From: Octopus sinensis | Taxonomy: Eukaryota | Direction of reading: 5' to 3' | Assembly: GCF_006345805.1 (NCBI RefSeq) | Contig: NC_043006.1 | Span: 13,826,001-13,890,000, forward strand | Length of the DNA stretch: 64,000 nt | Shown: piece by piece, positions 24,560 to 37,907 of the stretch | How positions within the stretch are numbered: position 1 is the stretch's first letter | Layout of the letters: the number at the start of each line of letters is the position of its first letter | Program-made: the position numbers and the translations under genes | Notes under the pieces: model-generated | Told to the model about the DNA's origin: nothing | Databases searched by the model: none | What the model saw: the letters and a program-made list of their open reading frames with translations, nothing else

Positions 24560-25292
24560 ATGTTGCTAAACTGACAATGAAATGCAGACGGCTGGCTGGA
24601 TGGATTCTTAGAACCTTTAGAACAAGAGAACAAGAAACCATGATGGTCCTCTGGAAGACACTTGTCCTAAGCCACTTTGACTATTGCTCTCAGCTATGGT
24701 CAACATCCAGTGTCAAGTTGATCACAGAACTTGAGGCGATCCAACGAAGCTACACGAATAAGATAGCCTCTGTGCAGCATACGAGCTACTGGGAGAGACT
24801 CAAGAGATTAAAGCTCTATTCCCTGGAGCGTAGGCGAGAATGATATGCCATAATATATATCTGGAAGATCCTGGAAGGTCTTGTCCCAGACTTTGGCATC
24901 GAGAGTCACACAAACGCCAGAACCGGACGCCACTGCGTAGTACCAAGGACTCCAAATTTGCCATCAAGATGTAGGACAAGATATTGTGATAGCCTGGGCT
25001 TCAGAGGCCCACGGCTCTTCAATGTCCTCTCGAAGAACCTGAGGGACCTGCACGGTGTAGATGCAGATATCTTTAAAGTAGGACTGGATCTCTTCCTGTC
25101 AGGTGTCCCGGATGAACCAACTTCACGGCAGGAGGTGCAGATGAGGGCAGCTGCATCGAACTCTCTCATGCATCAGATGGCGTTTGCTAAAAAGCATCCG
25201 TGAGGTAAACCCGTGTAGCAAACCAAATGGCGGTGCCCCAGCATGGCCACAGCTCATTAGCTGAAACTGGAAAAATCAAATCAAAATCAATC
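24560..25292 (+). mobile_element. CR1-like LINE 3' fragment (RT C-terminus, 3'UTR, TCAAA tail)
   Basis: LWKTLVLSHFDYCSQLWS..LEAIQR..SYWERLKRLKLYSLERRR..GPRLFNVL..LDLFLSGVPDEP, with one internal stop. Confidence 0.88.
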
Positions 25293-25621
25293 ATATATCT
25301 GTATGTATGTATGTATGTATGTATGTATGTGTATACATGTATGCACATATATGCCTATACGTGTGTACATCCACACACATAAATATTTAGTCATCCCATT
25401 AATAATGTAATAACGTGCTGTTTTCAATTGCATGAACTAAAAGTCAGAGGGTAGCAGGATAAACAACGGGATAAACTTACTATAAAAGTAGGTTTTGACA
25501 TAGTTTTTACAGTTGGATGTCATTCCAAACGCCAACCACTTCATGGTGAGGACTGATTGTTTTTTTTACGAGGCCCCAGCATGTAAACAATATGAACTCT
25601 ATTACAAAATAAAATATGCAT

Positions 25622-25869
25622 ATCTCTTTTACTCTTTTACTTGTTTTCAAATCATTTGACTGCGGCCATGCTGGAGCACCGCCTTTAGTCGAGCAAATCG
25701 ACCCCAGGACTTTGTTCTTTGTAAGCCTAGTACTTATTCTATCGGTCTCCTTTGCCGAACCGCTAAGTTACGGGGACGTAAACACACCAGCATCGGTTGT
25801 CATGCGTTGTTGGGGGACAAACACAGACACACAAACGTACACACTCTCACACACACACACACACACACG

Positions 25870-25909
<40 letters not shown>

Positions 25910-26090
25910 AATATATACATATATTCGACGGGTTTCTTTCAGTTTCCGTCTACCAAATCCGCTGACATGGCTTTGATCGACCCGAGGCTATAGTAGAAGA
26001 CACTTGCCCAAGGTGCCAAGCAGTGGAACTGAACCTGGAACCATGTGGTTGGTAAGCAAGCTACTTACCACACAGCCACTCCTGTGCCTA
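25622..26090 (-). mobile_element. SINE family A
   Basis: Full-length reverse complement. Confidence 0.88.
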
Positions 26091-26121
26091 TATATACATA
26101 TTTGTGCATGTATATATAAAA

Positions 26122-26440
26122 CTGGCGCTCCATCGCTTATGATGGTGAGAATTCCAGTTGAGCCGATCAACAGAACAGCCTGCTCATGAAATTAACGTGC
26201 AAATAGCTGAGCGTTCCACAGACATGCGTACTCGTAATGTAGTTCTCAGGATGATTCAGTGACACAGAATATGACAAAGCTGGACATTTGAAATACAGGT
26301 ACTGTTCTCATTTGGCAGCTGAGTGGACTGTAGCAATGTGAAATTGTCTTACCAAAGGACACAACGCTCCATCAGAAATCAAACTCGTGACCTTACAGTT
26401 GTGAGCCAAATACCCAATCCACTAAGCCACGTGCCTTCAC
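26122..26440 (-). mobile_element. V-domain-like tRNA SINE sharing the 3' tail of the 6107 element
   Basis: tRNA head, TTGTGTCCTT..CAGTCCACTCAGCTG..AAATG body, and tail GCACGTTAATTTCA.GAGCAGGCTGTTC. Confidence 0.7.
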
Positions 26441-26454
26441 CCATATATATATAT

Positions 26455-26631
26455 ATATATACATATATACGACAGGCTTCTTTCAGTTTCCGTCTACCAA
26501 ATCCACTCACAAGGCTTTGGTCGGCCCGAGGCTATAGCAGAAGACACTTGTCCAAGATGCCACGCAGTGGGACAGAACCCGGAACCATGTGGTTGGTTAG
26601 CAAGCTACTTACCACACAGCCACTCCTGTGC

Positions 26632-26632
<1 letters not shown>
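26455..26632 (-). mobile_element. SINE family A, 5' half
   Basis: Head through the internal microsatellite. Confidence 0.85.
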
Positions 26633-26703
<71 letters not shown>

Positions 26704-26869
26704 TTTATGAGAGGTAATGGTGTCAGTAATACCCAAGGGTGTCAGGCAATGCTGAGTAAGTGCTATGCTATGGATAGACCATAGTTAAGTTCCAGGTTCG
26801 GTGATTATGCGAATAAGGAGTCTAACGTAGGTCATATATCATCATGTTTGTATATAAAATTTTGCTTTT

Positions 26870-28470
26870 TCAGAATGAGATAAAAAAAAACGAAGGCTGT
26901 GAAGATTTTAAAACATTTATAAGTAGAAGGTCTTACAGCTGTTTCCAGGATATTTATTATATTCCTTCATCGGAGACGGTGTGAGAGGATGGTTAAGTCA
27001 TAGTTAATTTAGATAAGATACGAAATAAAGAGTGAGGCGGAGGAATGAAAATAGATGTGAGATATGCAGGGATATTGCATTTGTAGATCCATTATTTATG
27101 CAGAATGGTATACATATAAGATTCCAATACCTTGTGAGTAAAATCCAATAGTATCTAAAAGTGGTCATTCCAAGTATAGAGTTTGTACACAGTGCTATTG
27201 AATCAAGGGTTTTATTTAAAGTGACCTAAAGCAGGGAATGTATTTGTAAGGTCAAATCGAAAACAGGAAGAGAGGAATAAAGAAAAGAGAGAAAAAGAGA
27301 AGAAAACATGAAAATAGGAAGAAGGGAATAAAGAAAAGAAAGAAAGAAAAAAGAAAAGCAATGTGAGAGATAAGGGAAAGTGTACCAGTTAGTGGTCAGT
27401 CAAGAAAATTTGAAAGTAGGAATGGGGAGATGAAGGTGATAGAGAGAGAAAGGTATTAGAGTGTAAACAGATAGAAGGAATTAGGTGATAGAGAGAGAGA
27501 GGGGTATAAAAAGTAAAGGAGTGTCAGTTATATAGTGATAGAGTGTAAGTGATGGGGCGGGTGGAGGGGTGGATTAGGTGGTTGGACAGGTCAGTGCTTA
27601 GTAGTAGAAGAAAATATATTTTGAGATGTAAACATATGTATATATTAGACATGTATATATATCTTTCTACAGATGTTTATACATATCAACATCTACATAT
27701 ACAACTCGTACTCATTTGTATATGTACATAATGCACACCCATATATACGTACATCTGTATGTATTATTGCACCTGTATACGCAGGTATACATACATTCAC
27801 ACATACACACATACATACATACATACATACATACATACATACATACATACATACACGCATATACACATGCATATACAAGCGCATATTTATGCACGCATAT
27901 ACAGACGAATATAATTAGATGGTTGTGATATTCGAGTATGAGTGAAGAATTATATAGAGATTAAGAGTTGAAATGTATTAAGAGTTAAACTGTAGATTTA
28001 TAAGGTTAATGGTATTACCAAAGGGGTATTGTGGAAATATACTGTATGGTCGTTTAGGCATTTGGATTTATGGTAGAATTTGAATGTGTGAAAAAAGCGG
28101 TGGTTGCATGTGCTTAGTGCCTCATTATGTTTATTTAGCAGTCCTGGAGAGTTGTGCTTTAATATGTGAAGTGCCTCCTTCAGGCAAAATTTGCAGGTTG
28201 AGCATTGACCTCGGTAGGGAAGCCCTGAGTCCAGTGTGGACCATGATAGAGTATAGGGTATATTTGTATTTTGGGGATTATGTATGTGGTTGGTGAGTGT
28301 TGTAGATTTACTATGTTTATCGTATCTAAAAGAATGGAGGTGAGCAGTATATCGTTGCTTAAAGTTTTTGGTCGATCCTATGTATATGGCTGTAGAGTTG
28401 TGTAATAGATGAAGAATAGTGCATTTGTAAATTTCATTGTAAATTACACAGTCCCCAAAATTCACCTAAT
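26870..28470 (-). mobile_element. Penelope-like element 3' end: GIY-YIG endonuclease (27998-28465), long 3'UTR and HHR
   Basis: IYKCTI..IYIGSTKNFKQRY..H..SFR...W..L...PY...CKFCLKE..LLNK.NE....CNH, followed by a pyrimidine-rich UTR and an HHR at 26930-26977. Confidence 0.85.
26930..26977 (-). ncRNA. Type I hammerhead ribozyme motif
   Basis: GTCT-CCGATGA-AGGAATAT(AATAA)ATATCCT-G-GAAA-CAGCTG-TA-AGAC. Confidence 0.78.
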
Positions 28471-28499
28471 TGTAATTGTCTGCTACAAATCCATTGCAG

Positions 28500-29483
28500 A
28501 AGATATAAAGATCAGACAATAAGCGTAAGACAGTGTCAACGGTGCTGAGCCGGAAACTACAGCATAGAGTCGGAAACTACAGCCACGTCCTGGAATATCT
28601 GTAGAGCTCGACGAAGACGTCCTGTAAAACCTGGTGGTACAAAATCCCATCGTATCTGTTGAGGAACTAGCAGAGAAGCTTGGGTTTGGTCGTTCAACTA
28701 TTCATCGTCATCTGCTTGCTATCGGAGAAGTCAGCAAATTGGGTCAATTTTCTGATTTTCCGAGTCTAATCGCACGAAGAGAGGGAATGTGTGCTTTTCT
28801 TTGCTGTTATGTATCACCTTTTATCAACCGAATAATGACGAGAAATATGTTGTCTATAAAAAAGAAGTCAAGCGCCGAAGACTGTAAGTAGGGAAAGGGA
28901 AAACACCGTACCCGAGGCTAAAAAGGTTTTCACACACGCAAGGTGCTGATATCTGTTTGGTGGGATATGAAAGGTGTGGTCCACTTGGAACGTTTAAACC
29001 CAAACCAGGCGATAACAAAGGATATCTACAGCGTGCAGCTTGAGTGGGTTAAGTCAGAAAAGATAAACGACAATCTTTGGTTTCAAGATGAAAGGTGTTC
29101 TTCCATCAGGATAATGCTCAGCTGCATACAGTGAGGATGACATTCCAAAGGCTGGAGCAGTTTGAATGGGAAATGGTGTCTCACCCACTATATTCGCCGG
29201 ATATTGTCCCATCTGATAATCATCTATTCCGCAGTCTTCAAAATCATTTGGACAGAAAAAATATGAATTCTGTAGACAAGGTCAGAACAGTACTGGAGGA
29301 ATATTTTTCGTCATGGACAAGTGAATTTTGGAAAAGAGGCCTTACATATCTACCAGATAAATGGAAGATCATTGTAGAAAATGAAGCAGAGTGTGTTTTA
29401 GATTTTAAAAAAATTTAGTTTATCTTAATTTTGAAAAATAAAAGAAGTATTAAAAACAGCATTATTTATGAGATGACCCAATA
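28500..29483 (+). mobile_element. mariner transposon relic (DD34D type), 5'-truncated
   Basis: LISVWWDMKGVVH, FHQDNA, HPLYSPDIVPSDNHLFRSLQNHL, and right TIR TTTATGAGATGACCCAA-TA. Confidence 0.9.
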
Positions 29484-29502
29484 CATTGATAGGCTAACTG
29501 AC

Positions 29503-30262
<760 letters not shown>

Positions 30263-31123
30263 ATTGACAATACTTCTGTATTGTATGAACAAAGGAGTCG
30301 TAACTGTCAAAACACAATGCACTATTTACAAGTTTTATTAGAAACCGAAACATCTTTATTTATGAGTTTCACGTTGCGAAGTGTCCAGACTATTGGCTAG
30401 GAGAGAAGTAGTATAGCAATATGTAGGTAATGATATTCATAAAATCATTGAAGTATATTCAGTTAAAGAGGAGTACTTACTCGGTGAAAACCATTCCAAA
30501 ATGCGTCACACAATGCACATTTCCATTTGCTAGAAGGAAAGCACGTAATGTATTCACATGCGACAACGTAGTATTTTCCTGTTTTAGTTTTATATCTGCA
30601 TAACATTCCTTTGTTAATGCAGTTCTTGTGATCAAACATTTCTAAATATTTCCTTTTAGCAATGTGAACATTGTTCCATTTTCAACTATTTGTTGGATAA
30701 CCGTTGGCGCACAAGAAGCTCATCTGCCCTTCGACAGGCCTTGTTTTTAGCCCTAATCATAAATTGCTCAAAAATTGTCTTTTTGTCAGATGGTTTTTAT
30801 CGTAATCCTATAAATTCAGATTCTTAACTAGATTTAAACAATGTTCCAAAGTCTTCTAAATAAACTCAATGAAACAAATACACTTCAATACCTTTATTGT
30901 TATATTTTTATCACTGAAAACATCATTTTGGAACGTGTGGAACAATATTGATAAAACTATTATTTTTTTTTAGTTTAGAGAAGAAAAAACGAAACGCGGT
31001 GCAGTAAATCACACAGACGTTTGCAAGAAGTTAAAAAAATATATGTACTGGGAAATTTAAAGCCTGGTGTAAAATAACAGTCAGAAATATGGCAACATTT
31101 TAGAAATATATAATTCTTGATAG

Positions 31124-31435
31124 GTGGAGGCGCAATGGCCCAGTGGTTAGGGGCAGCGGATTCGCGGTTGTAGGATCGCGGTTTCGATTCCCATACAGGG
31201 CGTTGTGAGTGTTTATTGAGCGGAAGCACCTAAAGCTCCACGAAGCTCCGGCAGGGGTTTGTGGCGATCCCTGCTGTATTCTTTCGCCAGAACTTTTTCT
31301 CACTATTTCATCTGTTGGCCTGCTCGCTTAGTCAGCGGGGTGGCGTCATTTGAGGGCTAAAACAATGCGAAGCGCATTGTGACCAGCGATGTGTAGCAAC
31401 ATCTGATAGCCTGGTCGGTCACGGTGATCGGTGAT
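31124..31435 (+). mobile_element. SINE family B
   Basis: Full head and tail. Confidence 0.88.
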
Positions 31436-31806
31436 ACTTCTTGATAGCACAAATAATTTTGCTTTATTAGTGGTTGAAGTTAATAAAGAAGACGATACAG
31501 AAATCACTGAAAGTTGCTTTTACATCCGCGAATGAGTAAAATAGAATGTCAGGGATTGCTTGACTGCAATCTTGTGGATATAAGTTGAGAAGCGAATGAA
31601 AGGATAATCTGCTTGAACATGTTAAAGATAGAAGAGAGATAATAAATGGATGAACATCCGAATATAAAAAGAAGGCCATACAAATCATGAGAGTATTATG
31701 TGAGGTGGGGTCTCTGTATATAAATATAATGATAGTTTGACTCAGGCCCACATGATAGTGTTCTACAAGTACGAAGGTTATGTTCCTCTCATCAGATATT
31801 CGGAAG

Positions 31807-33135
31807 TACTTGGTGGTATCAAAAAGCTCCCGAACTAGTTCTGTTGCGCCAACAGATGGCAGCACACGGTTGCGTGCGCAATGAGAGCTAGCAGTGACCT
31901 ATATGAGGCAGTGTGCCGAGTGATATTGCTGTGTTTACTTCGCAAGTTATTAAATTTGTGTTTTTGTGATGACGGCATGCTGTAGTCCACGATTTTGTCA
32001 TGGACTAGATGTTGGGTCTACAGGTTAAACCTTGATACGAAGCAGCAGTCGTCAGAGTGAAAGAGTCCTTCATCTCTATGACCGAAGAAGACACGACAAA
32101 GCCGCAGCTCAATCAAGAACATGCTCATTGATTTTTGTTTTCGATACCCGCGGTATTGTGCATCTAGAATTCATCTCCTACGATGACAACGCGCCCTCTC
32201 TCCGAGTTCTCTTCTTTCATGAATTTCTCGGAAAAAATAGCATAGTAACAACGCCCTATTAACCAGGTCTGGTACCTGCAGACTTCCATCTCTTCCCCCA
32301 AGGTGGAAATGCAGCTCAAAGGTTACCGTTTTAACACTGTTGTCGAGATAAAGAACGAATCGCAGAAGGTCCTCGACTCGCTTACGGAAAACAACTTCCA
32401 CACCAGATTTCAAAAGTGGCAGGAATGCTGCAACCGGTGTTTACTGCGCAAGGGGATTATTTCGAAGGAGATGATGTTAAAAGTGGGGTCAACACGTTAT
32501 TTTTTACACGTTAGCTGTCATTCCTGGTGGACTGACGAGCCAATTGCAGCCTTTAGATGTGTCTGTGAATAAGCCATTTAAGCAGAACATGCGTGAACAT
32601 TGGAACAAGTGGATGGCAGAGCCACATCATGCCCTCACACCCACAGGAAGAATGAAGCGGCCCACCATTGCTGAAGTGTGTGAGTGGGTGAAGAAATCTT
32701 GGGATGATGTTAGGCCTGAAATCATTGTGAAGGCTTTTAAGAAGTGTGGCATTAGCAATGCCCTTGATGGCATAGAAGATGATGCATTATTTGAAGACAG
32801 TGATTTCAGCAGTAGTGATGATGTTCCTTGTTTTGAAGATGATGAAGACTTTTCTGGTGTAGATGATGAAGAGTTTTCTGGTTAAAAAGATGATTAAAGA
32901 TGATTACTATTGTAATTTTTATGCTTTCCTTTTGTATGCTTGCTTTTATATAACAATGTTTTCTGCTTTTGTAATGTGCTGCTAGACTGCTTTCAACAAT
33001 ATATGCTTAAATACACTTCAAACTTTTTTTCCTGAATTTGACCTGCTGAAATGAGGGTGCGTCTAATATGCCAGTGCGTCTAATATGCCGTCAAATACGG
33101 TAAGTAGTGTAGGAACTTTCTGATACCACATCGTA
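31807..33135 (+). mobile_element. Internally deleted mariner element interrupted by a pogo fragment
   Basis: TIRs TAC.TGGTGGTATCAAAAAG.TCC / GGAACTTTCTGATACCACATCGTA. Encodes VFDTRGIVHLEF and LKGYRFNTVVEIK...FQKWQEC. Confidence 0.75.
32510..33102 (+). mobile_element. pogo/Tigger transposase C-terminal fragment with right TIR
   Basis: IPGGLTSQLQPLDVSVNKPFK..W..WM...TPTGRMKRP...WV..SW...IIVKAFKKCGISNALDG, acidic tail, and end CAAATACGG-TA. Confidence 0.9.
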
Positions 33136-33505
33136 AAATGGAAGTTTTGAAAGAAATTCAAAATGACTCTTAGGTGTTTAGACAACTCTTGATTAGCTCA
33201 GGTCACGTGGTATTAAGACTATCAAAGTGACACTAGGTAAAAGATACGCTTTAGCTGTATCTTACTATATAAGATGTCATATTTCGATAAAGTGTAAACT
33301 GAGTTCCTGTTGTCAGATCATTATTATTTAAAATCGCAACGTGTTGGGCTAAGGTTTCTATTATGGCCGGTTGAAGAAGTGACGCCTCGTATGTTGGTGT
33401 TATGTCCATACGATTTGCAGCACTCACGCGGGTCGATTCCCTTAAGCAGTGTTACAACTATATTCTGTCTTATACACACACACGCAAACGTGTATATATG
33501 TATGT

Positions 33506-33575
<70 letters not shown>

Positions 33576-33650
33576 CGTGTGTGTTGTGTGTATATATATA
33601 TATATGTATATATATATATACATATATATGCACACACGCACATAAATATA

Positions 33651-34054
<404 letters not shown>

Positions 34055-34061
34055 ATATACA

Positions 34062-35185
34062 TATAGGGTGGAAATACCTTTTTGGAACATTGCTGAATTT
34101 TTTGCTAACTCTGTATAATCTTTGTTTCAGAAAGTAATAATAGCAGACCCTCAGCTTACTCAAGAAATGAAGAGGCATCCTGTTATTGTGGTTATAAAGA
34201 CTGAGTAAAGTGATTTAGAAATATCTCGATTTTTAAAAGTTTCGTCTAAAAAGTTTGTAAGGAGCTAGAGACTGAAGATGGAAATGTATCACCAGTATCA
34301 ATGCGTAAAAAGCATTGTAAATGCTCTGAAATCATCAGAACACCTGAATTTATCCAGCAAGTTCAACAGACCATTGATTATTATCCCAGAAAGTCCATGA
34401 GGTAAATTGCAATAGATCTCCATGTGCCAGAAAGAACAGTCAGAAATTTTGTCCCAAAACACATTAGATATAAGTCCTATATGTTGCGGAATGGTCAAAT
34501 TGTCAGAAAAAGCAAAAGAAAATCACTCCATCAGATCTAAAAGGCTCTGAAACAAACTGAAAAATCCAGCAGAAGATTTGATTTGGTTTTTCTCAAACGA
34601 GAAAAACTTCGACCAAAATCAAAAGTTAACAGAAGAAATGACAGATGGTTATGTGCAGACCTTTGGAAAGTTCCAAGTGTTATGCATACAAACTTTCCTG
34701 CTGCAGTCATGGTTTTAGGGGTTGTCAGCATTAAATACTTGTTAAGTCCTGGATAGACGGTGTATGCCATAGAAGGCCATATGTGTTTCAGTAAGACTCT
34801 GCACAATCATATATGACTCTAGAAACACAGGAATGGATAGCTGAAAATTTTCATGATCACATAACCCCAAACATTTGGCCTCATTCTTCCGCAGATCTCA
34901 ATCCATTGGACTATTACATGTGGAGCGTTGTTGACAGAGAGATTAATGAACAAGCCCATAACACCAAAGATTCTTTCAAAGCTGCCATAGGTCAGAACAA
35001 TGTTCAAGATGAACAAGGACCACTTGTTTCGAGCATGTAAATGATTTAGACCTCATGTAGAAGCTCAAATTTGTTTTATTGAATAACATTATAGAAAAGA
35101 AGGTTTAAGTTATGTCCTCATAGCATTCTTTGATGAATAAAGTTATTATCTGTTATTATAAATCTGCTTTATTATAAACATACAT
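34062..35185 (+). mobile_element. Tc1/maT-like transposon relic
   Basis: TQEWIAENFHDHITPNIWPHSSADLNPLDYYMWSVVD with multiple frameshifts. The right end is replaced by an HHR element. Confidence 0.82.
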
Positions 35186-35187
35186 CT

Positions 35188-35317
35188 GTCCTCTGACGAG
35201 GTCTATGGTTATATATAAGTACCCCATTTTTAAATGCCTACAACCTCAATATAATTGACAACTATAGGCACTGAAAAAAAACTACTTTTATCCATAGGCT
35301 GAAACAGCTGTAAGGAC
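35188..35317 (+). ncRNA. Type I hammerhead ribozyme with extended stem II
   Basis: GTCCT-CTGACGA-GGTCTATGG...CCATAGGCT-GAAA-CAGCTG-TA-AGGAC. Complete core. Confidence 0.85.
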
Positions 35318-35533
35318 TGATTTTAATGATTTCAATAATTTATATTATGATTTTTATAATTGTATTCTTATCTTATATGTATTGAATTATAATGTATATA
35401 TGTACACTATTAGGATTCTCATTTTTGTTAAATGAATAAATAAGACAACATTCTAATATCCGAAAGCTGAGGAACAAACTAAATTGTTTCTCCATTTTCT
35501 TATTTTTAGTATATATATATATATATATATATA

Positions 35534-35736
35534 GTTAATCCAATCATGAAAACACAAAGAGAAAACACAACAACGCGAGGACGTGGAACAAGTATATTGT
35601 TATTGGACGCTCAGGAAAGGAAAGAAAGAAGGAGGATTTAACGTTTCGAGCGGAGCTCTTCGTCAGAAACATAGAAAAGGGAAAGGTCCAAGGAAGGGCT
35701 GACGGAGAAAGAAAATCACCAACGATACACACGCGG

Positions 35737-35740
<4 letters not shown>
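35534..35740 (-). mobile_element. Mini-element in (TA)n with minimal HHR (35636-35670)
   Basis: GTTT-CTGACGA-A-GAGC(TCC)GCTC-GAAAC-GTT-AAAT. Copies lie at 48868-49070 and 51608-51812. Confidence 0.8.
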
Positions 35741-35779
<39 letters not shown>

Positions 35780-35785
35780 ATATAT

Positions 35786-36975
35786 ATTATATAATTAGGG
35801 CTTAGTAAAAAAAATTACTTTGCCACATACTGAACTTAGTAGAAATAGCAGCCAAAAAAATTTTTTTAGCCGTTTCTACTACTTAAAGAAATTTCTCTCA
35901 GATAATGTTTACTCCAGACAGCTCACGAAGGTTTGGAGGTAAATACAGAAAAATATCACAAGTACATAGATCGTTTGAGTACGTCAACGTTTCAAGATTA
36001 GCCAAGTAAAATCAGCATTTCTTTCGTCAGCTCAAAATTTCTTAATTTGGATTTGGAAACACTAAAAAGAAGGAACCTTACCTATCTGCGAACTTGTCGC
36101 TTCAAATGAACCAGCTCCGACTGACAGTGCCAACAAATTCAAAATGCGCAGGCGTAAATTTCTGCACTCCTTTTCCACCCACGTGGTCTATCTAGCAAAC
36201 ATTATATTTTAACCGCGAGAACCGAGGCAGTATGACAGAGAGAAATGAATTATAATATCAACAATTGAGGGTAAAATTAATTAATCAATTTCACCAAGTG
36301 TTCAGTATGTAAAAGGACCATTTAAGGCGAATTCAAAATATTACATTATATAATTAGGGCTTAGTAAAATAAATTACTTTGCCACATACTGAACTTAGTA
36401 GAAATAGCAGCCAAAAAAAATTTTTTTAGCCGTTTCTACTACTTAAAGAAAATTTCTCTCAGATAATGTTTACTCCAGACAGCTCTAAACAGCTAAAAAA
36501 AGGAGTGCAAAAAAAAATCACGCCTGCGCATTTTGAATTTGTTGGCACTGTCAGTCGGAGCTGGTTCATTTGAAGCGACAAGTTCGCAGATAGGTAAGGT
36601 TCCTTCTTTTTAGTGTTTCCAAATCCAAATTAAGAAATTTTGAGCTGACGAAAGAAATGCTGATTTTACTTGGCTAATCTTGAAACGTTGACGTACTCAA
36701 ACGATCTATGTACTTGTGATATTTTTCTGTATTTACCTCCAAACCTTCGTGAGCTGTCTGGAGTAAACATTATATGAGAGAAATTTTCTTTAAGTAGTAG
36801 AAACGGCTAAAAAAAATTTTTTGGGCTGCTATTTCTACTAAGTTCAGTATGTGGCAAAGTAATTTATTTCACTAAGCCCTAATTATATAATGTAATATTT
36901 TGAATTCGCCTTAAATGGTCCTTTTACATACTGAACACTTGGTGAAATTGATTAATTAATTTTACCCTCAATTGT

Positions 36976-36978
<3 letters not shown>
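35786..36978. mobile_element. Young PLE-type element with inverted and partial tandem terminal repeats, HHR in each arm
   Basis: 35786-36170 is the near-perfect reverse complement of 36503-36890. 36260-36484 is a further partial copy. (TA)n lies on both sides. Confidence 0.85.
36640..36700 (+). ncRNA. Type I hammerhead ribozyme (inverted copy at 35975-36035)
   Basis: TTGAG-CTGACGA-AAGA...TCTT-GAAA-CGTTGACG-TA-CTCAA. Confidence 0.87.
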
Positions 36979-37070
<92 letters not shown>

Positions 37071-37635
37071 ATTTGTAAGTTATTGGGAGAAAATTCCATT
37101 GATAAGTATCTACCTTTTTGAAAGTTATGAGGAAGCAAAATCAAAGCGTATGAATTATCCGAAATTCTTTTCCCACTACCGTTCTTCACCACACAACCGT
37201 ATATACTCGTAATGTATGAAATCCGAAACGTTCTTCTAAAAAATTTTTCATTAAAAAAATATCAAATTTTTAGAAAGCTATGAAGAAACAAATTCGGCGA
37301 TGCGCATGTTTTTAGAGAAGTCTTAAGTATATTGAGTAATACTAAAAGAATAAGATACAAAGGAAAATTAGCCGTAACTTGTCAGAAAATTAACAATGAT
37401 TGTGAATCAAATATATAAATATCAATTAGCTACAAGCAGAAAACCGCCCGGGGGGACTTCCTTCTGCGTGAATCAATATTCTACGTAGCAGAAATGTTAA
37501 CCGGTACAGAACTCAATATACTGGCTAAAGATATAACACACACACACATATAAATGTATATCCATATGTATATACGTACGTGAATATATGTACATACATA
37601 CATACATATACATATATATATACATATACATACAC

Positions 37636-37907
37636 ACTCGCGGTCGTAGGATCGCGGTTTCGATTCCCAGACCGGGTGTTGTGAGTGTTTATTGAGCGAA
37701 AACACCTTAAAGCTCCACGAGGCTCCGGCAGGGGGTGGTGATCCCTGCTGTACTCTTTCACCACTCTTTCTCCCACTCTTTCTTCTGTTGACCTGCTCGC
37801 TTAGCCAGCGGGGTGGCGTCATTCGAAGGCTAAAACAATGCGAACGCATTGTGACCAGCGATGTGTAACTACATCTGACGGACTGGGCGGTCACGTCATC
37901 ACGTGAT
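37636..37907 (+). mobile_element. SINE family B, 5'-truncated
   Basis: Starts at ACTCGCGGTCGTAGG and has the full tail. Confidence 0.87.
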
